Part shown: piece by piece, positions 7,886 through 13,022 of the stretch
Layout: each line of letters opens with the position of its first letter
Numbering within the stretch: the stretch's first letter is position 1
Assembly: GCA_963752475.1 (NCBI GenBank)
Contig: CAVVYR010000033.1
Location: 1-13,022 of the forward strand
Direction of reading: 5' to 3'
From: an uncultured Chloroflexia bacterium
GTDB taxonomy: Bacteria; Chloroflexota; Limnocylindria; Limnocylindrales; CSP1-4
DNA: 13,022 nucleotides
The notes under the pieces: generated by a model
Database searches by the model: none
What the model saw: the letters and a program-made list of their open reading frames with translations, nothing else
Told to the model about the DNA's origin: nothing
Position numbers and translations under genes: made by a program

Positions 7886-8665
7886 ATGTGCTCGGACCCC
7901 GACAGCCACCCTCCCATCGACCCTGCCGGACATAGCTTGGCCAGCGGTCACGAGATCGGCCTCATCGTCGGCGACGGGAGCCGCTGCACCGCCTACCAGG
8001 CCGACGCATCCCGACCGTCGGGCGCCGGCATGATCGTGCTTCCCGACTACCACGGGCTCACCGGCTTCTACCGGGAGTTGGCGCTGCGCTTCGCGGAGCA
8101 CGGTATCGATGCCGTGGCCATCGACTACTACGACCGCACCGCTGGGCCACCACCACGCGACGCCTCGTTCGAACCGCAGCTGTATGCCCGCCAGACGAAG
8201 TGGGCCGAACTGCAGGCCGACGTGGCCGCCGCGGCTGCTCATCTGAGGATGCGCCGACACGTCGAGTCCCTCTTCTCGATCGGCTTCTGCTTCGGTGGGC
8301 GCGTGTCATTCCTGCTGGGATCGCTACCGGAGCTGCGGATGGCCGGTGTCATCGGGTTCTACGGCTGGCCCGTGGGCCCGTTCCTCAACGACACACCGGC
8401 ACCAGCCGCGCTCGCGAGTCACCTGGAGGCACCGGTGCTCGGGGTCTTCGGTGGGGCCGACCAGAAGATCCCCGCGACCGATGTCGAAGCGTTCCGACAG
8501 GCGCTCGCAGCCGCGTCGGTCGAGCACGACATCCGCACGTATGAGGACGCACCGCATTCGTTCTTCGACCGCGCCCAGGCCGAGTACGCCGAGGCAGCGA
8601 CGGATGCATGGGCGGCCGTCCGCGGCTTCATCGCCTCCCACGCGGGACCGCGCATCGGTCCCTGA
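7886..8665 (+). CDS. Dienelactone hydrolase family alpha/beta hydrolase
   Basis: Nucleophile motif GFCFGG, Asp in GGADQKI, His in APHSFF, PDYHGL; AGGAG RBS at 7873-7877. Confidence 0.92.
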   Translation: MCSDPDSHPPIDPAGHSLASGHEIGLIVGDGSRCTAYQADASRPSGAGMIVLPDYHGLTGFYRELALRFAEHGIDAVAIDYYDRTAGPPPRDASFEPQLYARQTKWAELQADVAAAAAHLRMRRHVESLFSIGFCFGGRVSFLLGSLPELRMAGVIGFYGWPVGPFLNDTPAPAALASHLEAPVLGVFGGADQKIPATDVEAFRQALAAASVEHDIRTYEDAPHSFFDRAQAEYAEAATDAWAAVRGFIASHAGPRIGP

Positions 8666-8769
8666 GACCCCGGCTTGGCGCTACCGTCCCCATCGACGCC
8701 CCTACGAACCCACGCCCCAGCGAGTGCCTGGCCATGGCGGACGAGCTGGGCCGCCGATAGGATTGGACA

Positions 8770-10053
8770 GTGAGCCGCACATCGAAACGACGTCACGAAC
8801 AACGACGACGACGCAGCCACTCCAGTCGGCGCCGCGAGCGACCCGAAGCGGCGCCCTCGCTCGATGACGTCTGTGCGGCCGCGTTCGCCACTGCTCGCGG
8901 AGTCGCCGATGAGCCTGAGCCTGCGGCTGCCGAAGCGCTCGCCAGTGCCTTGTTCGCACAGTGGATGGGCGCCGAACTGGAGGATGCCGACCCGGTGTCG
9001 GTCTTCGGCTCCGCCATGGTCGACCATCTCGCGCGAGATGCGAGCGCCGACGCGCTGGCCCTGCTCGCCGCACTCTCGGCGGTGGACCCCATGGTCATCG
9101 AGCTCGAGTGCGCCCGCGCCATGCGGCAGCTCGTGGACGCCGGCGTGCGCAAGCCCGTCTGGTACGACCTGATCGGCAAGGCGCGATTCGAGCGGGCCTG
9201 GGTGGCGACGGACGAGTTCGACGACCAGGACTTCCTCGTCGGCCGTTTCAGCTATGGCGGTGGCGCCGCGCACGACCTGTGCGTGCTGGTCGACCACAAC
9301 ATCCTGCATATCGCCAAGGACGCCGGCCTGGCACCCGCATCGGCCGACATGCGGTCGCAGTGGGAAGCGCTCGACGGGATGCGCATCGTGGACCTGGACG
9401 CACAGGCGTACTCCGATCGGCTCAGCGATTCATTCGCCAGCCTGGAGGACGTGTGGGAGCCACCGGTGACCGACGAGCTGCGCTCGCTGGTGCCGCTCGT
9501 CGGCAGGCGGCTGATGGACCTGCCGCGCCCGCGTCCGATCAGGCGCAAGCCGATGAGCCAGACCGCGCGGGACAAGCTGTACACCAGGTTCCGGCGCTCC
9601 GAGCCGGGCCGTGAGCTGGGGCGCGACACGATCCTGGTACGAGACCTCATCGACTACGGCGCGGACCAGTTCGACGATGCCTTGCACTGGAGCCCGATCG
9701 TGGTGGAACTCTGTCTGACCGATTGGTTCCCGCGCAAGTACACGCTTGACGATGCTGACATCGACCGGCTCCCGGTCGTGCTCAGGGCCTGGCTGCGCTT
9801 CACCGCGGCCGAGCGCAGCCTTGCGGACTCCAGTCTCGCCGAGATGCTCGCGGCGGTCGACGAGTTCGAGCCCGTGTTCGGGGAGGCCATGCACGATCCG
9901 GCAACGGCCGGCCCGGCCAAGTCCATCGCGACCCTGATGCTATCGGAAGGGGTCGATGTGACGGACCCGGAGGCGGTCCAGAGCTGGATCGATGCCTTCA
10001 ATGAGCGACCTGAAGACGAACGGAGACGCCTCACTCAGCGGCCTGATTCGTAG
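8770..10053 (+). CDS. Conserved hypothetical protein (acidic, 427 aa)
   Basis: Long ORF with strong GC3 codon bias and an Arg-rich N-terminus. Blocks such as VLVDHNI..IAKD, LHWSPIVVELCLTDWFPRK and GVDVTDPEAVQSWIDAFN resemble uncharacterised actinobacterial proteins. No function recognised. Confidence 0.8.
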   Translation: MSRTSKRRHEQRRRRSHSSRRRERPEAAPSLDDVCAAAFATARGVADEPEPAAAEALASALFAQWMGAELEDADPVSVFGSAMVDHLARDASADALALLAALSAVDPMVIELECARAMRQLVDAGVRKPVWYDLIGKARFERAWVATDEFDDQDFLVGRFSYGGGAAHDLCVLVDHNILHIAKDAGLAPASADMRSQWEALDGMRIVDLDAQAYSDRLSDSFASLEDVWEPPVTDELRSLVPLVGRRLMDLPRPRPIRRKPMSQTARDKLYTRFRRSEPGRELGRDTILVRDLIDYGADQFDDALHWSPIVVELCLTDWFPRKYTLDDADIDRLPVVLRAWLRFTAAERSLADSSLAEMLAAVDEFEPVFGEAMHDPATAGPAKSIATLMLSEGVDVTDPEAVQSWIDAFNERPEDERRRLTQRPDS

Positions 10054-10084
10054 GCCTGTCGCTGCGGCGCGATCGATCGGATCC

Positions 10085-10100
10085 GTTCGGGTACCCGAAC
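10085..10100. repeat. Perfect 16-bp palindrome between convergent genes
   Basis: gttcgggtacccgaac equals its own reverse complement. Confidence 0.7.
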
Positions 10101-10153
10101 ACCCGGCTCGCATCTGCTTGTGGGCGCGGGCGGCGGGATAGGGTGGCGCGGGG

Positions 10154-11593
10154 TCAGTCGCCCGCGTAGAGATCGTCAGTATCGAACAACAGGATGCCCT
10201 CGGCCTCTGCGGTGTTGCGCACTCGGTCATCGAACCCACGGCGGGAGAAGAGGGCAAGACGCGTGTCGTCACTCGTGCCAGGGATCTTGGCGACCACGCG
10301 GCGAAGCTGCCTGAGTGCGTGGTTGTCCAGATCGTCGCTCCACTTCACCTCGCCCACGAGGCCCACCCGCTTGGCCGATCCTGCGACGACGTCGGCCTCG
10401 AAGCGCATCGGCTGGCGCTCGCCATCCACCACACGCGTCTCGACCGTCCACCAGGCCCCGACCGCCCCGCTACTCGGAAGCCCGTCCATCCGGCCGATCC
10501 GCTCGCGCACGAACTCGCGGCACGCGCGCTCGAAGGCCGGCTTCGAGACGAACGCATCGAGGCGCGGCTTGACGATGGTCTTCCAGATCTCATCCACACG
10601 ACCAGCCTCGAGCTCGACGGCGTTCGGCCGGATGAAGGCATGCCAGAACCCCAGGTAGGCATCGCTGATCGTCCACAGCCCCTTCTTCGACTTCTCCGGC
10701 TTCACGCCGAACGGGACGTCCCGGCCGACGAGGTGCAGGAGTCCGAGACGCTGGAGGTAGGACGGCAGGCTCGGTTGCTCGAGCCCGGCCCTCGAGGCGA
10801 TCTCTCCGCTCGTCGTCGCGCCGCCGGCGATGGCCGCCAGGATCGAGTGGTACGTGGCCGGCTCCGACAGCTCGTCGCGGAGCATCAACTCGGCCTCGTT
10901 GTAGAGCACCTGGTTTCGCCGAAGCATCCGCTCCCGGATGTTCCAGGCGAGCGACCTGTTCGGGTCGAACTGTTCGAGGTAGTAGGGCATCCCGCCGAGG
11001 ATGGCCCACGCTCGCAGGCGATCGGTCGGGTCCCAGTCGGGGAAGAACGCACCGGCGTCGCGATAGCCGAGCGGCGGCAGCAACGAACCGAACGTGCGGC
11101 GCCCGAAGAGCCCGCCGACCTCGACCTGCTTCTCGAAGAACGAGATCGAGCTGCCGCTGACGATGAGATAGAGCGGCAGATCCTCGTGCTTCACGATCTC
11201 GTAGAAGTCGGAGAGCCGGCTGATGACCGTGGCGTCGGTCGCCGCCAGGTGCTGGAACTCGTCGAGGACCAACAGCATCGGCTCGCCGTTGCGCTTGCGC
11301 TCCCGTCCCAGACCCTCGAGGTACGCGAACACCTGGTCCCAGCTCGCGAACGGCATCGTGGCCAGGAGCGGTTCCCGGCGCCACGCGAGCATCCGGCGCG
11401 TCAGCAGCCTGAGCTGGTCGACCACGGTGCCGGTGACGGCCTGGTAGACGATGGCATCCTTGCCCTCGGCAAAGCGCCGGATCAATGCCGACTTGCCGAC
11501 GCGGCGGCGACCCCAGAGCAGCTGGAACTGCGGTGTCAGCCCCCAGCGCCGTTCCATCTCGGCCAGGTCGGCGTCACGATCGACGAAGGGCAC
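10154..11593 (-). CDS. Archaeal-type ATPase (ATPase_2-like) with winged HTH and C-terminal DUF234-like PD-(D/E)XK nuclease domain
   Basis: FVDRDADL start, Walker A WGRRRVGKS, Walker B LVLDEFQ, SGSS, GGMPYYL, wHTH (ILAAIAGGATTSGEIASRAGL...YLQRL), FWHAFI, and FE...WW...EADVV...GEVKW. GTG start with GGAG RBS at 11607-11604. Confidence 0.9.
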   Translation of the reverse strand: MPFVDRDADLAEMERRWGLTPQFQLLWGRRRVGKSALIRRFAEGKDAIVYQAVTGTVVDQLRLLTRRMLAWRREPLLATMPFASWDQVFAYLEGLGRERKRNGEPMLLVLDEFQHLAATDATVISRLSDFYEIVKHEDLPLYLIVSGSSISFFEKQVEVGGLFGRRTFGSLLPPLGYRDAGAFFPDWDPTDRLRAWAILGGMPYYLEQFDPNRSLAWNIRERMLRRNQVLYNEAELMLRDELSEPATYHSILAAIAGGATTSGEIASRAGLEQPSLPSYLQRLGLLHLVGRDVPFGVKPEKSKKGLWTISDAYLGFWHAFIRPNAVELEAGRVDEIWKTIVKPRLDAFVSKPAFERACREFVRERIGRMDGLPSSGAVGAWWTVETRVVDGERQPMRFEADVVAGSAKRVGLVGEVKWSDDLDNHALRQLRRVVAKIPGTSDDTRLALFSRRGFDDRVRNTAEAEGILLFDTDDLYAGD

Positions 11594-11610
11594 AGCGAAC
11601 TCACTCCACT

Positions 11611-11654
11611 ATATATTGCATAAGATATAATAATCTCCGAAATAATCATGTCAA
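11611..11654 (-). promoter_or_regulatory. AT-rich sigma70-type promoter with an overlapping palindromic operator for the ATPase-nuclease gene
   Basis: Minus strand TTGACA (11654-11649), 16 nt, TATTAT (11632-11627). Imperfect palindrome ataatctccgaaataat at 11630-11646 (12/16 arm positions symmetric). It is the only strongly AT-rich stretch in the window. Confidence 0.7.
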
Positions 11655-11672
11655 CCCGGACCCGAAGTCCCG

Positions 11673-12512
11673 CTACTCCCAGCGAGCCAGGGCCTGGGCG
11701 AGTTCGCGCACATAGACCGCCCGCCACTGCCGAACGGGGAAGGGCAGAGCCAGAAGCTCCACTTCCACCTCGGCCACCTTCATGGCGGCGCGGACCTCGT
11801 CGTCGATGGTGGCCTTGATGGCCACGATGTGCATCGGTCGGACATCCGCGATGGTTCGAGCCAGCGTGGCGACGCTGCTGCTGACGAGCGCCTGGCGTTC
11901 ATCGGCTTCGAGCCGGCTCACCGGTCTGTCGACGAGGTCCACGAGCCAGCAACCGCGATCCTGGAACTCACGCAGGAAGCGGGGGCCGTCGGACACGGCA
12001 TCCGGTCCGAACGCCTCCGTGAATGCCTCGTAGGTCGCACGGAAGAGGTTCGAGTTCGCGCGGTAGAAGTGCGTGTCGCCCGGCGGTGAGGACTCGCCCA
12101 CGAACAGCGTTCTCACCGGAGCGGGCTTGAACCGATCTCGCAATCGGTGGGCCCCCGACTCCTCGTCGGAACCATAGGCTGTCGCGCCCTCTCCGACCGC
12201 CGCCTTCGGTCGTACCAGCGAGCCGACCCTGTCGAGCACGTCGGTGTCCAGGTCGTAGACGATGCCCTCTTCGTGGATGCGATCGAGCATCTCGTAGAGG
12301 GAGGTTCGGGCGATCTCCGCCGCGCGCCACGCAGTCGCACTGCCCGAGCGGTATTCCTCGAGCGCGCGCCGCATCCTTCGGTCGGCCAGCCCGTGTCCGA
12401 GCAGCCGACGTGCCATCTCGCTTCGATCGATCGCCTCTGCATCGGCCAGCCGGTCGATCCCATCGACGAGGTCGTCGTCGAGCCTGATGTTCACTTGATG
12501 TCGCTTGTTCAT
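11673..12512 (-). CDS. Fusion protein: RHH/CopG plus UPF0175-like antitoxin domain, then a uracil-DNA-glycosylase-superfamily-like domain
   Basis: N-terminus QVNIRLDDDLVDGIDRLA..EAIDRSEMARRLL (RHH), then ALEEYRSGSATAWRAAEIARTSLYEMLDRIHEEGI (UPF0175-like HTH). C-terminus FKPAPVRTLFVGESSPPGDTHFY..NLF...GCWLVDLV..P...RPMHIVAI...LPFP (UDG-like fold). ATG 12512 has CAGGAG 6 nt upstream. Confidence 0.75.
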   Translation of the reverse strand: MNKRHQVNIRLDDDLVDGIDRLADAEAIDRSEMARRLLGHGLADRRMRRALEEYRSGSATAWRAAEIARTSLYEMLDRIHEEGIVYDLDTDVLDRVGSLVRPKAAVGEGATAYGSDEESGAHRLRDRFKPAPVRTLFVGESSPPGDTHFYRANSNLFRATYEAFTEAFGPDAVSDGPRFLREFQDRGCWLVDLVDRPVSRLEADERQALVSSSVATLARTIADVRPMHIVAIKATIDDEVRAAMKVAEVEVELLALPFPVRQWRAVYVRELAQALARWE

Positions 12513-12533
12513 CGTCAACTCCTGCCGGTCAGA

Positions 12534-13022
12534 TCACCCGGCATAATCGAGGCGGGCCAGTAGCTGGGCCACGTGGTCGAAGCGCATGTTCACCAGCCGC
12601 GCGAACCGGATGACTCGGTCCTCCCTGGGTTCGTCGTCCGGCGTCCCCGCTACGAGCATCTCGACGACATCGACCAGTTCTGCACCGAGCGTCCTCGCCA
12701 CGCGTCGCGCCTGTCGTTCGAAGATGACCGCCGCCATCGACCGTGCCACCGCCAGCGACAGTGCCTCGGCCTCGCCGTGGTGAAGCCCGGGCACCTGCTT
12801 GGCGAAGTCCTCCGCGAGTGATCGCTCGTCGGCCTCGAGATCCCAAACGTGGACGAGCCCGTTCGCGACGGCCTGCTCGAACTGGACCGAATCGGGATGC
12901 CGGTACGCCAGCTGTGGTCGGGTCACCTCCTCCAGGACCGTCGGGGTCACCACGGCCGTGCCGGTCACGACTGTCAGCACGTCGAGCGCGGTGAGCTTCG
13001 CCAGGTAGATCAACGGACTCGC
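12534..13022 (-). CDS. PIN-domain protein (DUF3368/COG2405-like), 5' end outside the window
   Basis: The frame is open to the window edge: ASPLIYLAKL (typical D-[AST]-SPLI start), VVTPTVLEEV, LHHGEAEALSLA, VIFERQARRVARTLG. Confidence 0.8.
   Translation of the reverse strand, partial: ASPLIYLAKLTALDVLTVVTGTAVVTPTVLEEVTRPQLAYRHPDSVQFEQAVANGLVHVWDLEADERSLAEDFAKQVPGLHHGEAEALSLAVARSMAAVIFERQARRVARTLGAELVDVVEMLVAGTPDDEPREDRVIRFARLVNMRFDHVAQLLARLDYAG

Noticed and set aside
8802-8813. acg trinucleotide run as a phase-variable repeat
   Set aside because: Only four units, in frame, encoding the Arg-rich N-terminus.
10085-10100. LexA (SOS) box
   Set aside because: The half-sites are in the opposite arrangement (GTTCG-N6-CGAAC rather than CGAAC-N4-GTTCG), and the site lies between gene ends, not in a promoter.
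10319-11623. 434-aa plus-strand ORF and other long antisense ORFs (38-889, 6254-6946, 8419-9309, 10590-11384)
   Set aside because: These are shadow or alternative-frame ORFs overlapping well-supported genes. They are expected in high-GC DNA and have no recognisable motifs.
11611-11650. Fur box
   Set aside because: It contains ATAATC words but does not match the 19-bp GATAATGATAATCATTATC arrangement, and no iron-related gene is adjacent.

Overview
High-GC bacterial accessory region with no housekeeping genes. The gene content and leaderless-looking starts suggest Actinomycetota or Chloroflexota, which is inference only. In order: the SHOCT-like 3' end of a gene missing from the ORF track; a pair of dynamin-like membrane GTPases, the first with a 102-bp in-frame internal duplication; a convergent 6-TM voltage-gated K+ channel with a SHOCT tail; a secreted DUF1524-type HNH nuclease broken by a +1 frameshift; a convergent secreted lamin-tail/Excalibur protein; a decayed IS21-family left end whose istA 5' fragment is fused in frame to a truncated RecB/AddB-like PD-(D/E)XK nuclease; a dienelactone hydrolase; a conserved hypothetical protein; and a minus-strand cluster of a PIN-domain gene, an RHH/UPF0175-like antitoxin fused to a uracil-DNA-glycosylase-like domain, and an ATPase-wHTH-DUF234 nuclease with its own AT-rich promoter/operator. 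The best candidate for an undescribed system is the PIN plus antitoxin-UDG fusion module. All family assignments come from recognising motifs by eye; no searches were run.
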